A stretch of DNA of 64,000 bases from Octopus sinensis (taxonomy: Eukaryota): NCBI RefSeq assembly GCF_006345805.1, contig NC_043003.1, positions 19,716,001 to 19,780,000 of the forward strand, read 5' to 3'. Position numbers and translations under genes: made by a program. Positions 34,022 to 46,255 of the stretch are shown here, piece after piece (the stretch's first letter is position 1; each line of letters opens with the position of its first letter). The notes beneath the pieces are model-generated. The model worked only from the letters and a program-made list of their open reading frames with translations, did no database searches and had not been told where the DNA came from.

Positions 34022-34595
34022 CGCAGTGGCTGTGTGGTAAGTAGCTTGCTTACCAACCACATGATTCCGAGTTCAGTCCCACAGCGTGGCACCTTGGGTA
34101 AGTGTCTTCTGCTATAGCCTCGGGCCGACCAAAGCCCTGTGACTGGATTTGGTAGACGGAAACTGAAAGAAGCCCGTCGTATATACGTATATCTGCGACG
34201 ATTTCATCTCAATCGAAGGAGAGGGGCTTTCTCCGTCCGGGTTGCGGATCCATGGAATAAGCTGCCGGACGAGATAGGGAAGATGCCGACGACCGCTCGG
34301 TTCAAAGTCTCCCTTGACCAGAAATGACCTGAACTCTTTGCATGAACCCCCTCCCTGTACATAACTCCATGTCCCCCTACATGGCCTTGCTTTTTGCTTT
34401 TTGAGCCAAAAAATTAACTTAACTTAACTTATATGTATATATATATATATGTGTGTGTTTGTGTGTCTGTGTTTGTAACTTAGCAGTTCGGCAAAAGAGA
34501 CCGATAGAATAAGTACTAGGCTTACAAAGAATAAGTCCTGGGGTCGATTTGCTCGACTAAAAAAGGCGGTGCACCAGCTTGGCCGCAGGCAAATG
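34022..34595 (+). mobile_element. SINE family B split by a CR1 fragment
   Basis: 5' half 34022-34190 and 3' half 34430-34595 flank the insert. Confidence 0.75.
34195..34420 (+). mobile_element. CR1-clade LINE 3' end (5'-truncated)
   Basis: RRFHLNRRRGAFSVRVADPWNKLPDEIGKMPTTARFKVSLDQK, short UTR, (ttaac)n tail. Confidence 0.8.
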
Positions 34596-34599
34596 TTTC

Positions 34600-35005
34600 A
34601 CCATTCTGAAAGTAAGCAACAGTAATCGGAACAATGTGAATACATAAGTTTTACATTTGACACAATAATCTGAACGCTAAAGGGTGAAGATAGAAACGAA
34701 AAAGAAAAAAAAAAAAAAAAAACGAGAAAGAAAGAAACATCAATATAACACCATGTGCTTCAATTGGTCGCACACCACAAGGTTCAACGGAACCTACTAT
34801 AGCAAGCCAAAATGCTCGAGGAATTACTACGAGCGATGGCGAGGCTGAGGCGTTAGAAAAGCCAATCGCTCTCACGGGCAGCATCTGACATCTTGATGAG
34901 GAGAGCTGCCAACGATGACAAGAACTTCGGGGTTAGTGGCCCAACCCCTCAAAACGTTCCAAACTCCACAGACTGAAAGCGATAGTCCAATAAAACCGAA
35001 ACATT
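34600..35005 (-). mobile_element. CRE-like (restriction-like endonuclease) non-LTR retrotransposon 3' fragment
   Basis: 35005-34784 reads DYRFQSVEFGTF*GVGPLTPKFLSSLAALLIKMSDAARESDWLF*RLSLAIARSNSSSILAC, matching the CRE C-terminal pattern ETxG..GP...FL..L...D.RE..WLxQRLS.AI.RGNA.SIL. Confidence 0.7.
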
Positions 35006-35077
35006 TCCTAGAATTGTCTCCCGTTTTTGCCGAAAAGCGGAAAATTATTTTAGTCAATAATTGAAATTGAGATATCT

Positions 35078-35400
35078 TGAAGGCGCATGGCTCAGTGGTT
35101 AGAGCGTCGAGCTTACGATCGTGAGGTTTTGGGTTCGAATCCCGGACCGGGCTGTGTGTTGTGTTCTTGAGCAAGACACTTTATTTCACGTTGCTCCAGT
35201 TCTCTCAGCTGTAGAAATGAGTGGCGATGTCACAGGTGCCAAGCTGCATCGGCCTTTGCCTTTCCCTTGGATAACACTGATGGCGTGGAGAGGAGAGGCC
35301 GGTATGCATGGGCGACTCCTGGCCTTCCATAAACGACCTTGTGCCTGGGAGGGTAACTTTCTAGGTGCAATCCCATGGTCAGTCATGACCGAAGGGGACC
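35078..35400 (+). mobile_element. SINE family C head plus tail Z
   Basis: gaaggcgcatggctcagtggttagagcg...gggttcgaatccc; tail ...gcctttcccttggataacactgatggcgtggagagg...catgaccgaaggggacc. Confidence 0.75.
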
Positions 35401-36699
35401 TCAGCAGTTTATCTTCAACTCATAATCATTTATAGTTTGCTTTCTTTCAAATGATCGCCACATTAGATATGTTAAAGCATAGTCTTGCATCTCCTTCATT
35501 TGTCCAGCTGTCACAATGGTCTGTATATTGTTTTAATATAGCTTTAAATTAAACGGCTTCTAATCGTGTTATGGCATCATAGATCACTATCGGAGAATTT
35601 AACAAACCAAATAATTTGATTTATCGCAGAAATCTAAATTGCTATGTCAGAAATATAATTTATAATTGTACCGTTGTTGTTGTTGAAGCTGCCGTTACCG
35701 CCGTCGTTGTTGATATTGTTGTTGTTTTTGCTACTGCTTGTTGTCATCATCGTTGCTTAACCACAGATCAGTCCTGGTTGAATAGATCTCTGATCAAAGG
35801 CGTTTCAGCCATGACCACCAAGTATTTGTATATCTAGGACTACATTGAGCAAGCAATCGTTTTCTTTTTTTTTGTTTTAAAACAGTAAGATGTGATTTGA
35901 AAGCATTTGACTGTTATTTCTTGTTGGTCAATATATTTACATGCTCAAATCATAGTAGTCTATACTTTACGAAGGAGGTCTTATAAAACCGAATTATGTC
36001 TGGAATTGTCTCCCCTACTTATCGCGCTCTTTTAAATAGTCAAACTTACTATACACTGATTTTCTCCATGACTTTACATTTCTGAACCACATATCTTATG
36101 CTAAATAATTTCTGGATGCCTCCGAAAAGGAACGGGTTAAGGTTGAACTCTTTCTGATGATAGTATTATAGTTCAGTTGCTGAAAATGTTTAATTTAAAT
36201 TTCCAGTTATTTTTTTTTCATTATTTTCATTATGGGAGACGACTTTGTAACTGTCAAAATGATACCGATGGTCTGACAGCAAACCTCAATACGACTCATG
36301 AAACAGAAGCCTGTTCATTGATTTATAAACATTTGCGTCTAAAAGCTGCTTTCATTGTCTTATGATTACAAATTTCAATTCATTGCACTTGTTTAGACAA
36401 AGGAAACAACGAAGTTTATGAGTTTAGATAAGTTCGTATACCGTGGAGAAAAAAGGGGAATCTGTTAAAGAAAATATCTGTCAACGTCACCCTCATTTTG
36501 AACTCGTAAAGTAAGAGAAACATCAATGGCGGTTTTATGTAAGATCTAAAACTGTTTATATTGTGAATCTTCTGCGCTGCAAATGATCTACACCAAAATT
36601 AATGGCGATTTGAAGTCTAATGGATTGCTGTTAGATTTCTTATAGACTGTACCAAATTTGATAGGAGTTTTAAGTCTGATAGCTACAGATAAGCTAGAC

Positions 36700-36860
36700 T
36701 AAAATCGATGGTGATTTAAAATTTGATTGTTGGACGATAGAGTGCTGATAGCTTGTTGATTGACTTCATCAAAATTGATGACAAGTCCGATGATCTGCGG
36801 ATGACTGCTGTTGGGCTACTGTTAAATTGCTGAAGTCTTGTAAAATATGCTGTTTACGTA
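36700..36860 (-). pseudogene. Possible degenerate Penelope-like RT C-terminal fragment
   Basis: NSIFYKTSAI*Q*PNSSHPQII...QQAISTLSSNNQI recalls PLE (I/V)YxKxT....SxHP..I.....ISxLSS. Contains stops; weak. Confidence 0.3.
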
Positions 36861-37082
36861 CAGTTGATGAGAATACATCACGCATTGCTGTTTTTCTGTA
36901 AGTAGGACGCTCAGAATAGAGAATTTCTTTGTTAGATTTCTGGCTACTCAGGCAATTCTTGAAACTAATCTTCATGCGAAACTCAACAGAGTTAGTCTTT
37001 ATATTGGGTTGTCAGATAAATTCGTTTATTGTCAGATTAAGTCGTTCGTTGTCAGATAAATATTTATTCTTTTTTCCTTCTT

Positions 37083-37498
37083 ATTTCTTTACTACCCACA
37101 AGGGGCTAAACACAGAGAGGACAAACAAGGACAGACAAACAGATTAAGTCGATTACATCGACCCCAGTGCGTAACTGGTACTTAATTTATCGACCCCGAA
37201 AGGATGAAAGGCAAAGTCGACCTCGGCAGAATTTGAACTCAGAACGTAGCGGCAGACGACATACCTATTTCTTTACTACCCACAAGGGGCTAAATATAGA
37301 GAAGACAAACAAGGACAGACAAACGGGTTAAGTCGATTACATCGACCCGAGTGCGTCACTGGTACTTAATTTATTGACCCTGAAAGGATGAAAGGCAAAG
37401 TCGACCTCGGCGAAATTTGAACTCAGAACGTAGGGGCAGACGAAATACTGCTAGGCATTTCGCCCGGCGTGCTAACGATTCTGTCAGCTCGCCGCCTT
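37083..37498 (-). mobile_element. SINE family A dimer
   Basis: Two bodies joined at gcagacgacatac|ctatttctttactacccac; one head. Confidence 0.85.
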
Positions 37499-38131
37499 TT
37501 CCCCTTCTTTTTATCTTCTTGGTAAGCTATGGTCATATGTCTAAAAAGTGATAAAATTTATTCAGATTTCAAATCCACTCACAAGGCTTTGGTCGGCCCG
37601 AGGCTATAGTAGAAGACACTTGCCCAAGGTGCCACGCAGTTGGAATGAACCCGGAACCACGTGGTTGATAAGCAAGCTACTTATCACACAGCCACTCCTA
37701 CGCCTATGTTTAAAATTATTATATGATGTTTCTTTAATATTGAGTTATATATAAATCTGTAGAAGCCTAGATTCTCTGTCAACTCATGATTCATACTTTC
37801 CATTATGCCATCAGTTATATGTAACGGGGTACCATTACTCTGCTTCGTCGCGAATGCAGTCTTACTACCCGTCATGGCATAGCAGCCAATTACAGAGCAG
37901 ACAGACCCAAGCTACGAAAATCTGCTCTTATCACCAATTAATAAGTTCAACTGACAGCTATACTTGGAGATCAGTTATGTTAGCATAACAATAATTTTTA
38001 ACTAAGAATTTTCTGATACATTTATATTACTACTGTTAAAAGCTGTTCGACAATATTTCGAGAACGACGAGAACTAAGATGGAGTTAGGGAGGGAGAAGC
38101 AGATCTTTTAGGGTGTGAACGCCTTTTCCCA

Positions 38132-38553
38132 ATACCTATTTCTTTACTACCCACAAGGTGCTAAACACAGAGAGGACAAACAAGGACAGACAAGCGGATT
38201 AAGTCTATTATATCGACCCCAGTGCGTAACTGGTACTTATTTAATCGACTCCGAAAGGATGAAAGGCAAAGTCGACCTCGGCAGAATTTGAACTCAGAAC
38301 GTAGCGGCAGACGAGATACCTATTTCTTTACTACCCACAAGGGGCTAAACACAGAAGGGACAAACAAGAAGAGACAAAGGGATTAAGTCGATTATATCGA
38401 CCCCAGTGCGTAACTGATATTTATTTTTATCGACCCCGAAAGGATGAAAGGCAAAGTCGACCTCGGCGGAATTTGAACTCAGAACGTAACGGCAGACGAA
38501 ATACCGCTCAGCATTTCGCCCGGCGTGCTAACGTTTCTGCCAGCTCGCCGCCT
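38132..38553 (-). mobile_element. SINE family A dimer
   Basis: Same junction as 37083; one head. Confidence 0.85.
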
Positions 38554-38569
38554 TTTTCCAAAACCAACA

Positions 38570-38760
38570 AGGAAGAAGCTTGATATGGTAGATTGGTGTG
38601 AGTATCATACACCTTGTTGAAATCACTCTTCCACATGAGGATATAACTGATGCTGCCCAAGCTAGGAAATACGTGCGTTATGTGATGCTACTGGAAGACT
38701 GGACTGTAAAGATGCTGGTTAGAGTGCAATACACTTTCCTGTAGAGGTTTTATTGGAACC
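38570..38760 (+). mobile_element. HERO/NeSL-like restriction-like-endonuclease LINE fragment
   Basis: KLDMV...LVEITLPHEDITDAAQARKYVRY..LL(fs)DCKDAG*SAIHFPVEV matches the RLE motif PD-(x)n-ELTxPxE..A...K..Y..L...GW...FPVEVG. Confidence 0.65.
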
Positions 38761-39931
38761 AGACTTAGATGATGACTGTTATTAATAGGCGTGAATCAGC
38801 GTCTACCTAACGCCATCTTGAAAGAAATCCTGCAATTGGATACGGCTGAAGAGAAATGATGAAACCTGGTTAGAGAAGTGATATACATGTGTGAGGCAGG
38901 TAGGTACCTGTTTGCCTACATGTCAATTAAAATCTGCATGACTCCACAATTTGAATGATGTTGATGATACCAAAAATGGACTTAAGGTTGAAAACATGTC
39001 AGTCAATCCAGTAGACGGGGCCTCACATCTATGAGGATGGAGGTGGGGCACTGTGAACCGTCGAAAGAAAGGCCTTGAAATGTTGCCCACTCTCTCCTGA
39101 TTACCCTTGAAACCGACTGTCATCCGGTATACGGAACTTTGGATTGACAGCACTTGCACAAACAAGCTGTTTGCAAATTTACTATTCTATATTTGTTTAA
39201 TTGTTAGCTGTGCTTATTTAAGATTGAAAACACGTCAGTTCTACTTTTTAAAATTTGGCAAGATGGTGCTTTTCGTCGATCTCCAAAATCTTTGGCTTAG
39301 CAAATCCAAACACAAATCTTTTACGTTAGGAGTGATCTACAACTTCAAAAGACTTTGACTTAAAAGTTTTAACTTGTAAACAAGTCCATAATAAGGCATA
39401 TAAGATCAAAAGTCACTCCTACACCATCAGTTACAAGCTGCAAGTATTTAAATAAATATGGCAACAGAGCTGTCTTAGTTTGCAACGAAATAGCTAGAAA
39501 TAGCTAAAAGTGATGAAGGATTAGATAGTTAGAGTGGTAATTTCGGGTTAATGTAGTGCCAATCAAACCTATTTATGAATCCAAATTGATGGCAGCATTA
39601 CAAGGTCTGAGACATTTCTGTGGCACATGTTAGTGTATTAGTTCTATGAAGAGGCACGGGCTGCCAAGGAGAACGAAAGCAAGAATAGCATGACATATTT
39701 TTTTCAACAAACCTTTCTGTCGAAATACAACTGGGCTCTTTATATCATATATGGACGCAGGCGTGGCTGTGTGGTGGAGAAGCTCACTTTGCAACCATGG
39801 GGTTTCGGGTTCTGTTACACTGTGCAGCAACTTGGGCAAGTTTTTTTTTCTTTTATGGCCCCGGGTCATATGCCTTGTGAGTGAATTTGGTCGACAGAAA
39901 CTGTGGAAGCCCGTCGTATGTGTGTGTGTCT

Positions 39932-39967
<36 letters not shown>

Positions 39968-39993
39968 CTCAATCTACCTACCTACCTACCGAC

Positions 39994-40091
<98 letters not shown>

Positions 40092-40134
40092 GTCTGTCTG
40101 TCTGTCTGTCTGTCTGCCTGCCTGCCTGCCCGCA

Positions 40135-40183
<49 letters not shown>

Positions 40184-40184
40184 G

Positions 40185-40238
<54 letters not shown>

Positions 40239-40239
<1 letters not shown>

Positions 40240-41582
40240 CGCTTCTTGTGGAAAGGATGCGTCCCGATGGTCAGGCGATCCATTTGCTGTCAACACCCGT
40301 TAAAAGGAGGGCTGGGCATGCCGTGGTTGATGATGCGCAGACACGCGCTGAGACTGCGACATCTCTGGCTCTATGTAGACGACGGTGAACAGGTGTGGTC
40401 GCCGTTTGTGAGGCACGCTTTCCCGCAGCTCGTCTCCATGACCGAACTGCAGTCGTCGATCAAAAAGAGGCCGAAGAAGGGCGAATGGCACCGCGAGTGT
40501 CGCGTTGCTCTCAAGCAACTCTGCCGTCCTGGGTCGACCTTGAGTGACTTCAACACAACCAAAGCATTCTATAGGGGTTTAGTGGAGGGGAGGTACGACG
40601 ACGAGCTCGGGGCGAACCTGGACGTCGACGAGGAGTACCTGACCCGCCTGTTCAGGACGACTTTCGGGCCAGGGCCCATGGACAACTTCCAGAGATCCCT
40701 GGCCTGGCAGTGCTACCGAGAAGCGCTACCCGTTCGGGATAAGCTCTACAGACACGGCTCGAGAAACACGGGGCCGACCTGCCCGAGATGCGGTCAGAGC
40801 GACGAAACCGTTCTGCACGCACTCGTGCAGTGTCCAACATTTCCGACCTGTGGGCTTGTGTCGAACAACTGCTGTCACGTGTGGGACGAGTCGGTTTATC
40901 AGCTGAGTCTATCGTTAATATTGTTAACGCCTCCCTCCTTCGAACGGGAAGGAAGAGCTATTTTCATCATCCTTGTGGCTATGGCGAAAGAATGTATCTG
41001 GTGGACGCGTCTGAAAGGATTGGAGACAACACTTTCCTCTCTGGTCAATCTCTCATCAACTTCAAGTACCACTTAAAAGGAAAGTGAGAGTAGAGAGGCA
41101 AGTTTTGTCTAGCGAACGTTTTAAAAAAAGATGGGTGAATGTAGCAAGAATGGCACGTATGAATGACGAAGCCACCTTGAGCATGATCCTATGAACCCAG
41201 AAATTGAAAACAGAGAGTTGCTTATTTGCAAAAAAAAAAAAAAAAAAGAAATATAACATGTGACTCCATTGACCGAGGTTACTGTGGTCTTTTCCGTAGG
41301 CTTTTCTTTCCACGGGTAAATCTCACCTGTCCTCCCCTTTACACTTCATATTGACATTTCTGTGATAACGATCCCTATTGATCAATTTTTTTTTTTCCTC
41401 TCCCCCTTTTTTTTTAACCCCCCTTTTTTTGTCCTCTTTCTCTCCTTTTACGATCCCTTTTGATCGAAACTCCCCCTTCCTTTTTTTTTTTTTTAAATTT
41501 TTTTTTTAAACCTTCAAAAGAAAAGCTCTACCTTGTAATTTGTTCTATCTGTGTGCAGCCCTGTGTGGCTAATAAAGAAACA
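40239..41582 (+). mobile_element. Tx1-like LINE, 5'-truncated, intact 3' end, embedded in (TATC)n
   Basis: [27 protein letters not shown]...ALPVRDKLYRHG...CPRCGQSDETVLHALVQCP (zf-RVT-like); UTR ends gcagccctgtgtggctaataaagaaa; (TATC)n on both sides. Confidence 0.9.
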
Positions 41583-41680
<98 letters not shown>

Positions 41681-41886
41681 CATATAATAAAATAACAAAC
41701 GATGTAACTAGATATTTCTGGAACTGATTCCTTCTGACGATGAGCCTTTGCGCCTAAAATATAAAGGGTTTTATAAAACTTTCTGCATTGTAATTTTAAA
41801 AAATTTTTCTACTTCTGTACTACAATGCTTCAAGCGAACTACACCGCTCTTATTTACACACCCATCCGCACACACACACACTCACG

Positions 41887-41924
<38 letters not shown>

Positions 41925-42594
41925 TATGTTTGTCTCTCACCACTGCTTAACGATCAGTGCTGGTTTGTTTACGTCTCCATAAATTAGCAGATCGACAAAA
42001 GAGACTGATAGAATAAGTACCGAACTTTAAAAAAAATAAGCATTGTGGATAGATCTGCTCGACTACAATCCTTTGAAGGCGGTGCCCCAGTATGGCGGCA
42101 GTCCGGTCTCAGAAAGAAATGGAAGTGAAAGGTAAAAGATGAAAAAAAAAAATTAGTCTTCGAATTTTTCAATTCATTAATATGCCAACTTCAGAAAAAG
42201 CTTATTGAATATCAAATTCAAGAACTTGATAAAAAGAAAATAATCTTTGAAAGGAAGGATTTTTTAAAATCAATAAATTGTAAAGAATATATATACAATA
42301 ATTAATATGCTGTACCTGCCAAAGATACGTCTCGCCAATGCATTGAAATAGAGAAATGAGCGTTATAAGAAAGCTTCAATTCATGCTAACAGTCGCCAAC
42401 ACCAGCAATTTGTGTGAAATCATGCTTTTTCTAAAAGAAAAATATATTTAAACAAATGAAATTTTGTTATACCTCGGGAGGGCTATTATGCCAATAATAA
42501 ACACATGCATTCGTTTTATTTCACTTCATTTCTTTCAGTTGTCAATTGGTTAATTGGTTAAATAATTAACTAATTGAAAATAAAAAAAATAAAT

Positions 42595-42848
42595 AAATGC
42601 GCCTTTTTTTAATACCTAGCCAGGCTAATGGGCCCAATTTCCCGGTTTCAATGGCGTATGTGTTCCCCAGCTGGACAGGATGCCAGTCCATCGCAGCTTT
42701 ACTCATTTTTGCCAGCTGAGTGGACTGGAGTAACGTGAAATGAACTGTTTTGCTCAAGAACACAACGCGTCGCCCGGTCCAGGAATCGAAACCACAATTT
42801 TACGATCATGATGCTGACACCCTAACCACTAAGCTACGCGCCTCCACA
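42595..42848 (-). mobile_element. SINE family C head plus tail Y
   Basis: Reverse complement of the 49684-49935 type. Confidence 0.75.
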
Positions 42849-43559
42849 GTTAACTAATTTACAAATAAAGAAGTGAAACAGAACAAGTGCATGTGTTTAT
42901 TATTAGCCTAATGAATCGCCCAAGGTACAACTAAATATGTTTCAACACATTAGTTCAGATTAAGAATCTTATAGACCAAATACGAAAAACTATAGATATT
43001 ATTTGCCTTTTATTCTTCTTGACGGTACATTCGCGAGAATAGTTTCTATGGTTCTTAATCTTTCTTGGCAGCAACTCCCTACAAAACATCGATTTGTGGC
43101 GATCTTCCTTTTATCTTCTCGATGAGCAGAGAAAGGACAGGATATGCAGCTTAGTGTTAGAGAAGCAAGGATGAAATATCTAGCGCAGTTGCATCATTAA
43201 AAAACACAACAACAGAAATGCGACGAAGCGCATAGTAACAAGCGATATATAACAACATCCGATATTCGCAATATAGCAAATGTATGTGTGTGTGTACGTA
43301 CATGTTAATCCAAAATAGAAACGAATACCATTCCTCCATGTGATCAGCTTGAAAAATTGTTAAGATATTTTCTTAACATGAAACCAATGGTAGTCTTAAT
43401 ACGCAAATAAAGAAATTTTATCCATCAATACGGTGTTGAGCACTCATTCTCATTGCTCGACATTTAAATGTATTTATATATGTATATATATGTGTGCGTG
43501 TCTGTGTGTCTGTGTGTGTGTAAATATAACGATATTGTAACATAAAACTAAAAATGTAG

Positions 43560-44310
43560 ACACATTGTCTGATCAATGAGTATCCAGACTGCTGCCATAG
43601 AAACGAGACTAAAGTACGCAGAGTGAAGCCGCTTGGCACAAATTCACCTCGAACTCTGCTGTGCGTGTGCACTAAGTTCTAACAGTCTAACTCACTTCTG
43701 CTGTTTACAGCAGTGCTTGGGAGAAGGTGTGTAGCGTGTGATCGTCGCATTGACCATGGCAGAGAAAATTGTCATGGCGATACCTACTCAGAGGGCTACG
43801 CAAAGTTGCAGAAAACGTACGGAGAGGAGTGTGTGAGCCGCAACACAAGTGTACGAGTGGTTCAGACGTTTCCAAGATGGCCGACAAAAATGTCGATATT
43901 AACGAACATTTTGGGAGACCCGCAACCAGCAGAAGTGAGAAAAACATCACAGATGTGCTAGCAGTTGTGAGGGGAAATCATCAAATTACCATCTGTGAGT
44001 TATCAGAGCATGTGCAGATTAGTTATGGTTCAGTTCAGTCCATTATTACTTAAGATTTGGGTATGAGATGCGTGTCTGTCAAGTTTGTACCAAAACTGTT
44101 TTCAGCTGACCAAAAAGACACTTGGGTTTCAGTTGCACAAGATCACCTTGATTGTGTCAAGAATGATGAAAACCTTTTGAAAACTTTGCGTAGGCCTCTG
44201 AGCAGGTATCACCAAGCTTTTGGCAAAACTTGATGCAGATTCTCTGCTCAGCTTTCTCTGCCATGGTCAATGCGACGATCACACCTTTCTTCCAAGTACT
44301 GCTGTTATCC
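43560..44310 (+). mobile_element. Mariner transposase 5' fragment with an inverted duplication of its start
   Basis: QVYEWFRRFQDGR...HFGRPATSRSEKNI..V...HQITICELSEHVQISYGSVQSII..LGMRCVSVKFVPKL (mariner HTH region). Minus 44180-44305 encodes MAEKAEQRICIKFCQKLGDTCSEAYAKF. TIR-like cattgtctgatcaatgagtatccagac at about 43564. Confidence 0.8.
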
Positions 44311-44749
44311 TGTATATCCTTATGTGCAAACCTGTGTCCTCCTATATCAAAAAAAAAAAAAAAAAAGAAAAGAAAAATGGGGTGACTAGCCATTCGATAA
44401 ACAGACAGACATCGATAAAATAAGAACAGAATTGAAATAAGTAATGGAGTAGATTTGATCAACTAAAAAAAAAAAAAAACCTTCAAGGCAATGCTCCTAC
44501 ATGGCCGCAAATCAATGGCTAAAGTCATTAAGAAAAAAAAAATATGTGCACTCTGCATCTTTTGCTTCTTAGACTTGCTTTCACGAAATATTTTTATGCT
44601 ATCGAAACAAATGAAAATGCCAGGAACACCAGATAATCATGGAGCCATTTTCAATTGAAGAATTTCAAACATGACATTAAATATTTATTTATTTAATTTT
44701 CCTTAATTAAATTCCTATACTTCTGTCGTTGCTAGCGCCGACATTGCTC

Positions 44750-44752
44750 TTG

Positions 44753-44792
<40 letters not shown>

Positions 44793-45230
44793 TATTATTA
44801 TTATTATTATTATTATTTTGTTACTTTTGTTGATATTGTTGTTCTCTTCCTCCCCTCTTCTTCTCTTCTTCTTCTTCTTCTTCTTCTTCTTCTTCTTCTT
44901 CTTCTTCTTCTTCTTCTTCTCTTCTTTGTTTTCTTGTTCTTCTTCTGTCTTCTTGTTCTTGTTCTTCTTCTTCTTCTTCTTCTTCTTCTTCTTCCTTCTT
45001 CTTCTTCCTTCTTCTCCTCCTCCTCCTCTTCCTCCTCCTCCTTCTTCTTCTTCTTCTTCTTGTCGTTGACGTTGCTATTGTTAACGCAGCGCTCTCATTG
45101 ATGCAGAGTTCTATCAGGCATGTTTTTCTTTTTCGTTCTTTACTACTACTACTCCCACTACTACTACTACTACTACTACTACTCTACTACTACTACTACT
45201 ACTACTACTACTGCTACTACTACTACTTTA
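44750..45230. repeat. (ATT)n, (TTC)n and (TAC)n microsatellites
   Basis: Directly visible. Confidence 0.95.
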
Positions 45231-45395
45231 GATTCTTTTCTTTTTTAAACCTCGTTTTTAGTTATTAGAACGTAAATTACTTTTGTGAAATTAACTCATA
45301 ATTAAAAATAATATACGTCAGTTCTTTCGAATACAATATTTCCGATGGCAATCTTCATTGAATCCTACCGAACCTCCTGCAGAATTTCAGAATTA

Positions 45396-45615
45396 AGGCG
45401 GCGAGCTGGCAGAAACGTTAGCACGCCGGGCGAAATGCTCAGCAGTATTTCGTCTGCCGCTACGTTCTGAGTTCAAATTCCGCCGATTCATCTTTTCGGG
45501 GTCGATTAAATGAGTACCAGTTACGCACTGGGGTCGATATAATCGACTTAATCCGTTTGTCTGTCTTTGTTTGTCCCCTCTGTGTTTAGACCCTTGTGAG
45601 CAATAAAGAAATAAG
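45396..45615 (+). mobile_element. SINE family A monomer (another at 46043-46255, cut by the gap)
   Basis: ggcggcgagctggcagaaacgttagcacgccgggcg...cccttgtgagcaataaagaaat. Confidence 0.85.
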
Positions 45616-46255
45616 AATTTCAGAATTCTTACCTAACGCGCAAACATTTGAAGATAGGGTTCCCTTTTCTATTGTCTTTAGTGAATCACCCCCTGAAATT
45701 TTCTTTCCTCTAATCCTCAAACTTATCTTCTCATGTATTCTCCAGTTCTCTCTGTCTCTTCTTCAAAACATGACATACGCCTACGATTTTGGTTAGAACA
45801 CAACTTTGCAGCTTCTTGAATGTTACATTTACTTCAACCTTTCATCTTAGGTACCTTTATAATTCTGTTGCAAATATTCGGGCCATTTTTGTAATTTCAG
45901 GAGTCTTTCTTCCCATCCTCCCTCCCACCAAAACCACAGGCCCCAGAGAAGATCTTGGGCACTGACTTCCTTCCTGACTATTGGATGAGAAAAATAACTT
46001 ATATCTGGACACTTTAAATACTCCCTCTCTATATATGTTACACTGCGAGCTGGCAGAAACGTTAGCGCGCCGGGCGAAATGCTTAGCGGTATTTCGTCTG
46101 TCGTTACGTTCTGAGTTCAAATTCCACCGAGGTCGACTTTGCCTTTCATCCTTTCGGGGTCGATAAATAAAGTACCAGTTTCGCACTGGGGTCGATGTAA
46201 TCGACTTAATCCGTTTGTCTGTCCTTGTTTGTCCCCTCCTGTGTTTAGCCTCTTG

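Noticed and set aside
35078-35150. tRNA genes (also at other SINE heads)
   Set aside because: A/B boxes run into SINE bodies repeated across the window; no complete cloverleaf with an acceptor stem could be supported.
36040-36172. Exon-like segment with cag/GTAAGT ends (similar case at 32960-33105)
   Set aside because: All three frames contain stops; could be non-coding exons, but nothing supports this.
39751-41076. 441-aa ORF, the longest in the window
   Set aside because: Chance read-through of a SINE B head, a stop-free (TATC/TGTC)n tract and a truncated Tx1 ORF2; not a gene.
43180-43290. Signal-peptide-like MRFVAFLLLCFLMMQLR on the minus strand
   Set aside because: Stops after 17 codons with no splice donor; likely chance.
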